A stretch of 64,000 nt of DNA from Eledone cirrhosa (taxonomy: Eukaryota), in NCBI GenBank assembly GCA_964016885.1, contig OZ024743.1, positions 316,696,001-316,760,000 of the forward strand, in the 5' to 3' direction. A program made the position numbers and the translations under genes. Positions 24,790 to 36,992 of the stretch are shown here, one piece after another (the first letter of the stretch is position 1; every line of letters starts with the position of its first letter). Under the pieces are notes generated by a model. That model had not been told where the DNA came from. It did not search any database and saw only the letters and a program-made list of their open reading frames with translations.

Positions 24790-24955
24790 ACATGTTGCAA
24801 CTCTCTTTAAAAGGTTCATATTTTCCTCTACTCCACTCTCAATCTCCTCTGCAACTCTCTTTAAAAGGTTCATCACTCTCTCTACTCCCTCCCCCCCCCC
24901 CCCTCAATCTCCTCTGCATCTCTCTTTAAAAGGTTACTGCCTCCGTCTACTACCC
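24790..24955. repeat. ~55-65-bp tandem repeat (3 copies) in Helitron 5' region
   Basis: GCAACTCTCTTTAAAAGGTT..CTACTCC..CTCAATCTCCTCT repeated. Confidence 0.8.
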
Positions 24956-25224
24956 TTTACAGTTTAGAACAACAAAACTTCTTTTGAAGGAACTCGACAC
25001 AAACTTTGAAACCCAAGCAACACAACAACCATAGCTTCCCTCTCTCTACAATAGATTATTCCCCCTCTCTACAGTCATAATGACACTCGTACATCAAATA
25101 TCAAAATTTAAAAAGCTGATAACACTAAATACATACTGCTCTCTCAACGTTACATTTTACATCAAATAACAAATATTCAAAAGTAACAGCTGAATTTATC
25201 AAACAAAAAAAGGAACAATAACGA

Positions 25225-25530
25225 CCTCTCTATAATTTAACTGCTTTATTCTCTCTTCTCTCTGTCTCTCTTCCCTCCCTATATGACAACACTGCAGAGA
25301 GAGAAACAATGTATATGATCAAATGGAGCGTTCCTTATATTCTCCCCCTCTATAATTTAACTGATTTACTCTCTCTTCACACCCTATATGACAACACTGC
25401 AGAGAGAGAAACAATGTATGTGATCAAATGGAGCGTTCCGTATATTCCCCCTCTCTATAATTTAACTACTTTACTCTCTCTGTCGCTCTTCACTCCCTAT
25501 ATGACAACACTGCAGTGGAGCGTTCCGTAT
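25225..25530. repeat. ~108-120-bp tandem repeat (3 copies) in Helitron
   Basis: CTCTCTATAATTTAACT..CCCTATATGACAACACTGCAG..TGGAGCGTTCC repeated. Confidence 0.85.
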
Positions 25531-25639
25531 TGGCATACGGCTTATCTGGGGCATTTTCAATCGGCTTATTGCAAATAACAACCCGCAAAATAACACTTCA
25601 TATAACAGATTAATGCTATAGACATAGGAATCGGAATGT

Positions 25640-28315
25640 AACCCTTGAACTTTTTCCTGGGCAAAATTATTCGAACAGACATGACCTCATTGCCAGAGTG
25701 TTCAGACTGAAACTGGCTAAACTCATGGCTTTAATTTAAAAAAAAGGTCAGATATTTGGGGCTGTAAAATGACATGTTCACCGTCGAATGGCAAAAACGA
25801 GGGCTGCCACAGCTCACATTTTGATTTGGTTAACTGATAAAATCAATTCAAATGCCATAGACAGCTTCAATTCGGCGGAAATCCCTAGCCCAGCAACTGA
25901 CCAGGAATTACATGACATCGTCAAAGCTAACATGGTCTGTGTGCGTCGGGTCCTAATGAGTATCACACGTGTCTGAAAGGGGGGGCGTGCAGTAAGGGAT
26001 ACCCCAACAAATTTGTTGACGAGACTCAGACTGGTGGCGATAGGTACCCCCTGTACAGGTGGAGACGGCCCGAAAACGGTGGCTTCACCACAACAGTAAA
26101 GGGAGGTCAAGTCGACAATAGATGGGTGGTCCCTTACTGCCCGCTTCTCTTGAAGATGTTAAACGCCCACATCAATGTTGAGTTTTGCAGCTCCGTCAAG
26201 TCTATAAAATACATATGCAAATAGGTAAATAAGGGCTCTGATGAGGTCACAGAATACCTGACGGGGCGGTACATCAGTAGCAATGAAGCTTTTTGGCGCC
26301 TATTTGGTTTACCCCTAAACCAACGTCACCCCGCCATCGTACAGCTTGCGGTACATTTGGAAAATGAGCAAAGGGTTTACTTTACGGACCAAACCGCCGC
26401 CAAGTTGGCCGCCGATCCGAAAGAGACCACTCTGACGGGTTTCTTCAAACTTTGCCAGTTCGATACATTTGCGCAAACAATTGTGTACTCCCAGGTTCCA
26501 TCCTACTTTATATGGTCGAAAAACACTTGGGTGCGAAGAAAGTCAGGTCAGGCTGCTGAAAGACATCCTGGTGTCAAATTTGACAGCCGTCTTGGAAGGG
26601 TTTACACTGTGCCCCCAAGTCAACATGAGTGCTTTCATCTCCGCCTTCTTCTGCATGAAGTTGTAGGCTCACAAAGTTTTTAGGACCTCAAAACTGTTGA
26701 TGGAGAAATATGTGATACGTACCGGGAAGCCTGCTTTAAGCGTGCTCTTTTGGAAGATGATTCGCAATGGGATTCCACTTTAGCAGAGGGTGCTTTGTTG
26801 AAATCGCCTAAAGGTCTACGGGAACTCTTTGCCATTTTGCTTCAAAAGTGTGAATTGGGTGATCCCAAATCTTTATGGGTCAAGTACAGAGGCTTCATGT
26901 CTGAGGATTTCCTGCGCCTGGCTCATCTGCAGTATACTTCAGTGGAAGTTGCTTACAGCGACATTATCTACAATAGGGCACTCATTGATATCGAGGACGC
27001 CCTCCTCGACATGGGTGGGAGTGAGTTGGCGACGTATGGCTTGCCGTCAACCATCAGAGAGGAAGCTAACACGTTGGCCCCGGATTTGTTGCGGGAAACA
27101 GCATATGACATCGAATCTCTTTCCCAATACTTAAAAACTGCTACTTTGCTGCCGGGAGGCAGGACAGCACATTCAACCTTTAAACTCCCCTTAGATTTAG
27201 TAAAAAGTGAGACACCAACATGCAATATCAGCAACAGTTCACACGAAGCTCTGGTTCTCAAAAAATGTTGCCTCATTGTTTGGGATGAGTGCACAATGGC
27301 ACACAAGAGTGCTCTTGAAGCATTGAACAGGACCCTGAAAGACATTAGGGATTCTACGGCTCCTATGGGTGGCGTAACCCTTCTGCTATCAGGGGATTTT
27401 TGGCAAACGCTGCCTGTCATACCCAAAGGGACAAGAGCTGATGAAGTGCATGCATGTCTTAAGTCGTCCATATTGTGGCTCTAGGTGAAGAGTTTGTACC
27501 TGAGCACAAATATGCGTGCTCATTTGCATGGTGACATGTTTGCAGCATTTGCTCAGAATATTTTAGCACTTGGTGAGAGCAAGGTCCCTGCGGATGACAA
27601 GGGCGACATAGCAATCGACTCTCTGTGCAACATTTTGAGCAGCCCTTCTGACTTTTGGGAAGCAGTTTTTCCTAATGTCTCTAACTTTAAAAACCTCGAT
27701 TGGCTCAGAGAAAGAGCCATCCTTGCTCCAAAAAATACCATGGTTAATTTTATTAACGAGCAGCTGATTGAGAAGTTTCCCGGTAAAGAACACATCTTCA
27801 AATCTATCGACCGAACGTCAGACCTCGACGATATCGTTAATTATCCGGTTGAGTTATTAAATTCCCTTGAGCTCCCAGGGCTCCCACTTCACATTCTTAA
27901 GCTTAGGCTTGGCTGTCCCATTATGCTAATAAGGAACTTGCGCCCACCAAAGCAGTGCAACGGTACTCGCATGGTCGTCAAGTCAATGATGCCCAACTTG
28001 ATTGAGGCCACCAATGTAACGGGGTGCGGGAGAGGGGAGAATGTTTTCATTCCAAGGATGAACCTTTTCCCCTCGGCGTCAGATATCCAGTTCGATTTCC
28101 GGCGATCCCAATTCCCGATGAGACCATGTTTTTCCATGTCCATTAACAAGTCACAAGGGCAAACATTGTCGGTGGCGGGCATCCATTTGGGGGAGCCATG
28201 CTTCTCCCATGGCCAACTTTATGTTGCCTGTTCCCGCGTAGGGAACAGGAATGGACTTTTTGCTTACACTCCTCAAGGGATGACACGCAATATCGTCTAC
28301 AAAGAGGTGCTATAG
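25640..28315 (+). pseudogene. Helitron RepHel protein (HUH endonuclease + PIF1-family helicase), disrupted
   Basis: EWQKRGLP/AHILIW (HUH motif, frameshifted), KSIKYICK*VNKG, GGRTAHSTFK, IVWDECTM, SGDFWQTLPV, RAILAPKN, CNGTR, MSINKSQGQT, FSHGQLYVACSRV. Confidence 0.92.
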
Positions 28316-28622
28316 ATGTTGGTGCATGTGCTGGAGCTATGCCGTCTTGAAAACTGGTAGGGTCACCCATAGCGGACAGATCTGACGCCCAGCGGCATCG
28401 GGGCCACCATCTTGCAACTTTGGTCTACTAAATTCGCTATTGGAAGATTATTAACCTACCATTGATTGTCCAAAATGCTAATTGGTTCGTAACTATTAAT
28501 AACCGGTTCAACTGCTTTAGGCACTTAATTGATAAGCTTATGCGCTTTCAAGCTACGTTTACCTGTATGTAACTTTTCATAGCAAATGAACAAACCCGAG
28601 CAACGCCGGGCTAAACTGCTAG

Positions 28623-28655
<33 letters not shown>

Positions 28656-29034
28656 TATTGAAGTTCTTATAGTTGGCGGCCCACCTTACTTAGGTGTCAG
28701 GTGATGCTCAAGGTGAGGGCGCTTCGTTGTTCTTGCGACTTACCCTTGCTAACATTGCCAATATGAGTTCAAAGGGTATTAGAGGGAGACTCGGGCACCC
28801 CTTGTGGTGTGTGACCCATTGATATACTTAATGTTGTCTTAATATTATCTTTCGTTTTGATTCTATATTTCATGTGAAATATTTATGTACTTAGGTAAGA
28901 GAGGTATGTGTGTATATGTTGATTTTTGACAGCTATGGCATTTCGGTTTGTAATTTCAATAATTGATACACAAAACATCATAATCATGAAATTAAACTTT
29001 CTCTCTTTCTCTCTTTCTCTCTCTCTCAGAAGAG

Positions 29035-29041
29035 TGTGTGT

Positions 29042-29126
<85 letters not shown>
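29035..29126. repeat. (CA)n microsatellite
   Basis: About 40 CA units. Confidence 0.95.
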
Positions 29127-29129
<3 letters not shown>

Positions 29130-29279
29130 TCTGTGACATTTAAAACAATATTTACTGTTTAGTACGCCCCATTGACTTTGTTATCTAATGACGTTTTTAA
29201 TGTATATTGTTAAATTAAGGTTTGCAGAGATTCTTTTTTTCATGGTACAAATTAAGAATATGTTGGTTGATATTTAAAA

Positions 29280-29480
29280 ATAATGGTTTCTACTATAGGC
29301 ACAGGGCCAGCAATTTTAGGGGGAGGGGAAAGTCGATTAAATCGACCTCAGTGCATTACTGGTGCTTTATTTTATCGACCTCGTAAGGATGAAAGGTCTA
29401 GCTAACCTCGGCGGGATTTGAATTCAGACCGTAAAGGGCCGTAACTCTATACTGAGAAGCATGGTATCCGACGCTCTATC
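29280..29480 (-). mobile_element. tRNA-derived SINE
   Basis: rc of the 22010/46958 family. Confidence 0.8.
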
Positions 29481-29519
29481 GATATTAAATATTTTAAATT
29501 ATATTTCCGTTCGTTAATG

Positions 29520-31275
29520 TTTTCAAGAACATAGCAGTTGGGTGCACATTGCGACGGCGAAAGTATGTCTGTCCTCGATTTCAGACTGCTTGTCCACCGA
29601 ATTTTCCTTATTCAGCTAGAACTGTGGGGCTGTTGCTGACACCACCTGAGCATTTACCAACTTGCCTTCTGAAACCCTCAAGGTTATCCTCAAGCTATAT
29701 CTCAGAAATGCTTTCAATTCCAGCAGTCGGGATGTCATCCTCCACTCAGTAAAGGAGAGGGTCCCTCAGCTTTACCACTTTGCTTGGGAGCCCTCCATCT
29801 CCTTCGATTACCATTTCATTCTATCTGCACAGCGGTCCAACAGGCTGACCCGCTCGGACCTGCTCTTTTCGCACTGGGCATTGATAACGTCACCAAGATG
29901 GTAGTTGACCTGGACTTAAATGTCTGGTATCTGCATGATGCTTCTTTGGGGGGGGGTCCTCCAGATAAGGAGCTTGCAACCGCGAAGACGAATATTGAGG
30001 AAGTGGGTCATATGAGCCTTCACGTTAACAGTTCCAAATGCGAGCTCTGGCCCCTCAATAACCCAAGCTTCACATAAGTAGGATATAAACATGTTTACAG
30101 AAGCCGTCCCCTCTATCGCGGTTCCTCTCTCACCAGCGTGGTGCTCCCTTGGAGCCTCAATTATGGACCAAGCCTTCGAGTCCATCTTTCGATTTAAGTT
30201 GGCTAACCTCGGGCAACGTTTAAAAAACCTCGAAGCCTCACCAAGAATTTTTTTAATTTAGGAATTATTTATCGAGTTGTATTTCCTCTGAGTTAATCCC
30301 TCTTACAAATTCTCGTCGTCTCTCCAACGCTTAGACGACTTAATATTCGGTGAGCTCGAGTGCCTAGTCAATGTCCTGCTCTCTCCAGACTCCCATGACC
30401 AAGCTGCCTCGCCAAAACGGTTTGGAAGTCTCGGTTTGCGTAAATGCTCTTCTTTGTCTCCATCTTGCTTTCTTTCCTCCATCCATGCTTGCTCCCCTTT
30501 AGTGGGTGACATCCTCTCCTTTCCAACATGGACTAGTTCCACCAGGGAGATGGATGAAGCTTTACAACAGTGGAGAGAGCTGGGGTTGTCAGTTTCTGTT
30601 ACTGATGAGGATAGACAAAAGCAGAGAGTATGGGACAATCTGCGTTCGAACGAAACTTTTAACTCTCTTTGATCAATCTGATCAATTTTCAACTTTCGAC
30701 TCAAGATGCCTCCGTTGTTTGTCCTGTTGCCCGCCACACCAAGCTAAACCTTATCATTAGGTGGGCTCTAGAGTCGGCTGGATTATCCAGAAGTGATGGG
30801 AAGAGACCAGATGGTCTTACCTTTTGCCCCCAGGTAAGAAGCAGGTGTCTCTCATCTGGGACTTTATAGTCAGTGACTGTTTTGCTCCCTCCACATTATG
30901 GATGCGGCGGTAAATGTGAAAGTTACTGCTTCCGTTGCCGAACAGAATAAAATCCTAAAATACCGGGAATTATCAAAGTTATTTTTTCCACTCTGTGGCG
31001 TTCGCGACGTTTGCTGGAGTTGGGCCGCTGACAGTTAAGTTCTTGTCATCGTTGGCGGCTCGCCTTACTGAGGTGTCAGGTGATACCCGTGGGGGTACCT
31101 GCTTGTTTCAGCACTTTAGCCTCGCCATCACCCGCGTGAATTCTGCGAGCGTATTAGCTTCCTTCAAAAATTTCCATTGACCCTTGTAATATGCGGTGTT
31201 GTTGTTTTTTTTTTATTATTCTGAAAGAATTGTGAACAATTTGTAATGTTATTTATACAACTATGAATAAAATAA
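29520..31275 (+). mobile_element. Old, divergent CRE-like RLE non-LTR element (second family)
   Basis: IAVGCTLRR, LYLRNAFNSSSRD, VQQADPLGPALFALGID, LNVWYLHDASLGG, RSDGKRPDGLT, FSLAITRVNSASV; many frameshifts; 3' AATAAA-rich end. Confidence 0.85.
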
Positions 31276-31377
31276 AATATTATTAGTTTAATTTTGCCTT
31301 TCATCCTTACGGGGTCGATAAAATAAAGTACCAAAAAACTATTTAAAATATTTTGTCAACAGAATCGTAATATACAG

Positions 31378-31638
31378 CAGGGGCGTAACTAAGGTATGAA
31401 AAACATAGCATGTCATGGGCTCCACATGACACTTTCCATTAAAGTTGGAGAGTGAAGAAAGAAACTTCTTTAGATGTATGATCTGTTTTTTAATTATCAT
31501 AGGTGAGAAGACACTATGGTGGCTGGATCATTAAACCATTTATATAAATTATTAGGTCCATAGGTAAAAATACAATACTGGGCTAGGACGTAATTTCCCT
31601 GCTTGCCATGGGCACTATGTTGCCTAGTTACGCCTCTA
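31378..31638. mobile_element. hAT-type MITE
   Basis: TIRs CAGGGGCGTAACTA / TAGTTACGCCTCTA; 8-bp flanks ATATACAG vs ATCTACAT (6/8). Confidence 0.6.
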
Positions 31639-31689
31639 ATCTACATTATAGAAAATGTAATTCTATAAATAACGTATATTTCGTTAAAA

Positions 31690-31880
31690 TAATTGTTTCT
31701 ACATTTGGCACAAGGCCAGCAATTATCCCAGTGCATTACTGGTACTTTATTTTATCGACCCCGTAAGGATGAAAGGCAAAGTTAACCTTGGCGGGATTTG
31801 AAATTAGACCGGAAAGGGGCATAACTCTTTGCTGGAAAGAGATATTGCCAATCCACTACCGATACTGCCAATCCACTGCC
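31690..31880 (-). mobile_element. tRNA-derived SINE
   Basis: rc of the 22010/46958 family. Confidence 0.8.
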
Positions 31881-32304
31881 CAATGCGTTATCAATTCAGT
31901 TGTGATGAAAGAAAAGTCTGCATTGGCGTATTAAACTGTGGTTATGCTCTTTTTACCTGGGACATTTTTTTCTAGATTTTTATCGTATAAAGAATACACC
32001 GGGCCTCTACTCGTGTTCGTGCGTGTAAATATTAGAAGTAGCAAGGCTATAAAAATATTTATGATCATTTCGAATGTTATTCAATATACAGCCCCAGTTT
32101 TCCCTCCAAAACAACATTCTAATAAAAGTGTGTATACATTTTGGGGGGACACCCTACACCTAATGTTCCCCCTCCATACACATGCACACATGTATATCAT
32201 GACTCATACCCTATTCACTTCCCTGACATTTGTATATTATTCTATGTACTATACATGCACCTTTGACGTGTTGTAGTGCACCTGAGCACTTTACACAATT
32301 TCAT

Positions 32305-32336
<32 letters not shown>

Positions 32337-32458
32337 AGGAGGTGAGTTTTATTGTAGTACAATAAAGCAATGCAGATATCGGATAAGAAGCACTCTACAG
32401 TTTGTGGGACTGGAGTATGCATAGTATAAGATCAAAAGATGGTTAAAGGAGTTCAATA

Positions 32459-32529
32459 TATTTTATTATGCGCATTTCAAAAACAAACATCATCAAACAA
32501 TAATATTTGTGTTTTCATCAGATAAAACA
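32459..32529 (-). ncRNA. Minimal type I hammerhead ribozyme (family A, inverted arm)
   Basis: Reverse complement of 35781-35851. Confidence 0.85.
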
Positions 32530-33214
32530 GGAGAACATGATATGAAGGCTAAAAAAACACTTGTTGATAGTGCAGTTTTAAATCAACATATGAAAAGTGG
32601 TTTTAGATTGATGTGTGATATTGGGAAAAATATTTTATTTAGAGAGGGGGGGGGAGAAAAGGATGAGAAGGGAAGGAGATGAGAGGGAGAGATGGGTGAT
32701 AGAGAGAAAGAGATAGTTTTTATAACTGAGAGGAGATATATTTTATATAGAGGGGTTGAAAACCGTTGGAAGATACTGTATAAATTAAAAATGTTGAAAA
32801 TTAACGAAGGGAGGATATGTGCGAGGAAAAAATATTATATTTAGGGAGGGGGGGGGGGTTGGAAAGGATGAACAAAAGTGGAGGAGATGAGAGTGAAGGT
32901 GGAAAGGGAGAGATGGGTGATAGAGAGAAAGAGATAGTTTTTATAACTGAGAAAAAGATATAATGTTTTAATATAGAGAGGTTGGGAACCGTTGGAAGAT
33001 AATGTATAAATTAAAGGAATTTGAAAATTAACGAAGGGAAATTATGTATGAAGATAGAGAGAAAAAAATAATAATTGTGGGTGAATATTCTAACGTCAAA
33101 AGAAGAAATGTAGGAATTTTAAAATTAGCAAAGAGAAAAAGTTTATGTGTAGAAGGATTTGAGAAAAATAATGTGAAGTTAAAGTTTGTATATTGAATTC
33201 ATATGTATTAATAA

Positions 33215-34809
33215 ATATTTCGCCTTCACGTCTCAATAATGCTCTATCTTTCGCACTTAAATATTCTGACATCACCACAGATGAACTTCACATCATCCTC
33301 ACCGCACGTAAAACCATCCTAGAGTTCAACAACGAATATTGGACCAGAGCCGATACCTCTAACAACTTCGACATCACAATGGGAGCATCCGATTCATCCC
33401 AATTGACTGATTTAATTGGTATCTTCATTTTGAACTCTTTGAGTCGGAAAATTCCTCAACTTCGCGGTGGAATTTATCGTGACGATGGACTCTTTACTAT
33501 CCTAAATTGCAATATAGTTAAACTTAATATTATTAAGAACAATATACGTAATCTCTTTAACCAACATAACCTAAAAATTGAATTTGATAATAGTATCAAA
33601 CTAGCTAATTTCTTGGATGTATCTCTTAATCTTGACACTGGCCTATATTACCCTTACCATAAAAACAATGAGAATCTTAATTATGTTAACTTTAAATCTA
33701 ACCATCCTACCAATATCAAGAATGCTATAGTTAATAATATTGGAAATAGAATATCTAACATATCTTCTAATAAAAACATCTTTGATGCTAACGCCAATTA
33801 CTATAATAACGCACTTTCTAAAGCCGGCTATCCAGATAAAATCAAATATAATAAAGAAACAAATTCTAGGAAAACTTACAGTAGAATATTTAATCATAAC
33901 CATTCCAATAATTTTAATAAAAGACCTAGATACAAAAACATAATCTGGTATAATGCTCCTTTCTCCATCTCTATTAATAACAATATTCCTAAATTATTTT
34001 TTAGTGCCTTAAATAAATGCTTCCCTCCCTCACATATCTATAGTAAAATATTTAACAAACACACCATCAAATTTTCGTATTCTACATCCTCCAATATTTC
34101 CAACATCATCTCTAAACACAACAACAAAATATTAAATACTAAATCTCTTCCTTCCAATATTGAATTTCATAATAACAGTAATAGTACTCCTGACGTCATT
34201 GTAAACCCTAGGCTAACTTCTGTAAACCCAAATGCAACGTCAAACACAACTTCGCTAAATGTTCATAATCCAACTCTAAATCAAGAAACTATTATTCCTA
34301 TTATTCCTATCGCAAACAACTTCTCCAATCCAATTCCTTCTATAGATAACACTAGATCACTCATTAATAATCTCTCTAATTGCAACTGCCGCATTAAAAA
34401 TAAATGTCCTCTCAACAACCATTGCCTCGATAAAAACTTAATTTATGAATGTAAAATTATAACTAGCGCCAATTCCTTCACCTATTTTGGCTCCACTTCC
34501 ACCTCTTTTAAAGCTCGTCTCTATAATCATCATTCATCTTTCAAATACAAACTTAAAAGAACTAACACTGCTCTCTCAGAACTCATATGGTCCTTAAAAG
34601 ACAAAAACATTAAATATAACATCTTTTGGAAAAAGATTTCTTCTGCATCCTCATACTTGAACAGCTCTCTATCTAAAATCTGTAATCTCTGCCTAAATGA
34701 AAAATTTACCATTATCTCTAACCTAGAATCCATAATAAATAGACGCTCAGATTTGTTTTCTATCTGCCTGCATAAATTCCATAGAACTTTTCACAAAGTA
34801 TACAGTTAA
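33215..34809 (+). CDS. Penelope-like RT (C-terminal part) + Asn-rich linker + GIY-YIG endonuclease; N-terminus missing
   Basis: Uninterrupted ~530-aa frame: FDITMGASDS, GIYRDDGL, NFLDVSL, SNHP, CNCRIKNKCPLNNHC, LIYECKI..TYFGST..FKARLYNH, CNLCLNEK, SICLH. Confidence 0.9.
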
Positions 34810-35780
34810 TATTCAATTCTTTATCAATTTAGAATCTTTTCTCAAAGGCACATATACATACACCTCTTTAAAATATACCCATCTACCTTACTTTAAAGGG
34901 CATTATACACTCTATAATACTCGTTTACTCATTACCCTCATTCTATCTCCTCGTAAAACAATAACATTTGTTTTTGACATTTTGAGTATTCATCCGCAAT
35001 CATTATTATTTTTTCTCTCTATCATAAATCTTTTTAATCTCAATTTCATCCTTAATTTATTATTATTTTTTTCTCCTCATCAACGAACTCATTATTAATA
35101 CATATGAATTCAATATACAAACTTTAACTTCACATTATTTTTCTCAAATCCTTCTACACATAAACTTTTTCTCTTTGCTAATTTTAAAATTCCTACATTT
35201 CTTCTTTTGACGTTAGAATATTCACCCACAATTATTATTTTTTTCTCTCTATCTTCATACATAATTTCCCTTCGTTAATTTTCAAATTCCTTTAATTTAT
35301 ACATTATCTTCCAACGGTTCCCAACCTCTCTATATTAAAACATTATATCTTTTTCTCAGTTATAAAAACTATCTCTTTCTCTCTATCACCCATCTCTCCC
35401 TTTCCACCTTCACTCTCATCTCCTCCACTTTTTTTCATCCTTTCCAACCCCCCCCCCCCTCCCTAAATATAATATATTTTTTCCTCGCACATATCCTCCC
35501 TTCGTTAATTTTCAAAATTTTTAATTTATACAGTATCTGCCAACGGTTTTCAACCCCTCTATATAAAATATATCTCCTCTCAGTTATAAAAACTATCTCT
35601 TTCTCTCTATCACCCATCTCTCCCTCTCATCTCCTTCCCTTCTCATCCTTTTCTCTCCCCCCCCTCTCTAAATAAAATATTTTTCCCAATATCACACATC
35701 AATCTAAAACCACTTTTCATATGTTGATTTAAAACTGCACTATCAACAAGTGTTTTTTTAGCCTTCATATCATGTTCTCC

Positions 35781-35851
35781 TGTTTTATCTGATGAAAACA
35801 CAAATATTATTGTTTGATGATGTTTGTTTTTGAAATGCGCATAATAAAATA
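35781..35851 (+). ncRNA. Minimal type I hammerhead ribozyme (family A)
   Basis: TGTTTTAT-CTGATGA-stem II-GAAA-TGCGCA-TA-ATAAAATA. Confidence 0.85.
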
Positions 35852-35883
35852 TATTGAACTCCTTTAACCATCTTTTGATCTTA

Positions 35884-35921
<38 letters not shown>

Positions 35922-36992
35922 ATATGAAGGTATAAACCCGCCTGTGACACCTAGCAGTTTCAGCTTGTACGTTTCAAGCTTTCTCCAAGGTATATGTTAT
36001 GTTGCATCTCTTTTTATACAACTTCACCAATTCTATTATTGTTACCATTATTACTCTCAAGTTTCTTCTTGTTTTCAGTGCAAGCCTTTCCAATGTCTAA
36101 TAGTCCATACCTTATTATATATTTTCAGTAGCACAAGGTAAGTCATAAAAGGTTGTTCTTTTGTTTTAATTTTGCTATGATCAATATTAATCTTTTACCA
36201 TCCTGTGATGATTTAGCAGAAAATATTTAAAAACAGCTTTGTGAATTCAAATGGTTACAGTATTTTACTGATGGACAGATCATTGTAAACATTTGAAGTA
36301 TTAAAGATTTTAATTTTTAATGTAATGCAGCCATAGTGCTTTTTTGTACTTTCCAAGAATGTCTTGTTAATGTTGTTTGTTAATTCAAATAGTTATACTA
36401 GTGGACAAGTTATTGTAAAACTCTGCAGTATTAGCGTAAAGGCTTCAATTTGTTTAATCTGATGCAGTCATAGTACTGTTTTGTACTTTTCAAGAATGAC
36501 TTGTTAATGTAGTTTCATGCAGGACAGAGCACTGAGGTTGAACTGTGAATGTCAATTGTTAAAAAAAAATTATTGACTGCATGTACAAGAGTCTCCTCTT
36601 GCAGGTATGTCAGTCTATGATAGGTTTCCCATCCCTACCCTTGCTGCTGATACTTTCAGGTGACTGGAGCAAACTGAAGTGAAGTACTTTGCTGAAGAAC
36701 ACAACATATCATCCAGACCATACAGTTTGATACTGAAAGTCTTAAACACAACAGGGACTTTATTAATGGAGATTTGGCTGCTATATTAAACGCCCTCTTG
36801 ATTTCAAAGCAAACTTCCTAACAACTTAAATATTTTTGTGTCCATTTATCAATATTAAGACATTCTACAGCTGCAGCCATCCTTACATAGATCAGACAAT
36901 TCCTCTCAACTATAACATCCCTCCATTTGTCTCCCTTTGTCATTTTCTTTGTGAGGTTCAATTTCTTAGTCAAATTTCACCACAACCTGTGT

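Larger units (their letters stand above)
24530..28622 (+). mobile_element. Helitron, internally deleted and decayed
   Basis: 5' TC(TC)TATATATATAAAGCG; 3' CCCGAGCAACGCCGGGCTAAACTGCTAG|T; Rep and PIF1-like helicase remnants inside. Confidence 0.9.
32335..35889 (+). mobile_element. Penelope-like retroelement, 5'-truncated with inverted pLTR, in (TA)n
   Basis: RT+GIY-YIG ORF; 32421-33214 is the reverse complement of 35092-35889; (TA)n at both ends. Confidence 0.93.

Noticed and set aside
26750-28315. Host PIF1 helicase gene
   Set aside because: Intronless, disrupted, preceded by Rep motifs and bounded by Helitron termini.
34370-34809. Selenocysteine recoding as reported for some Naiad PLEs
   Set aside because: All Cys positions are TGT/TGC and the ORF ends in TAA; there is no in-frame TGA.
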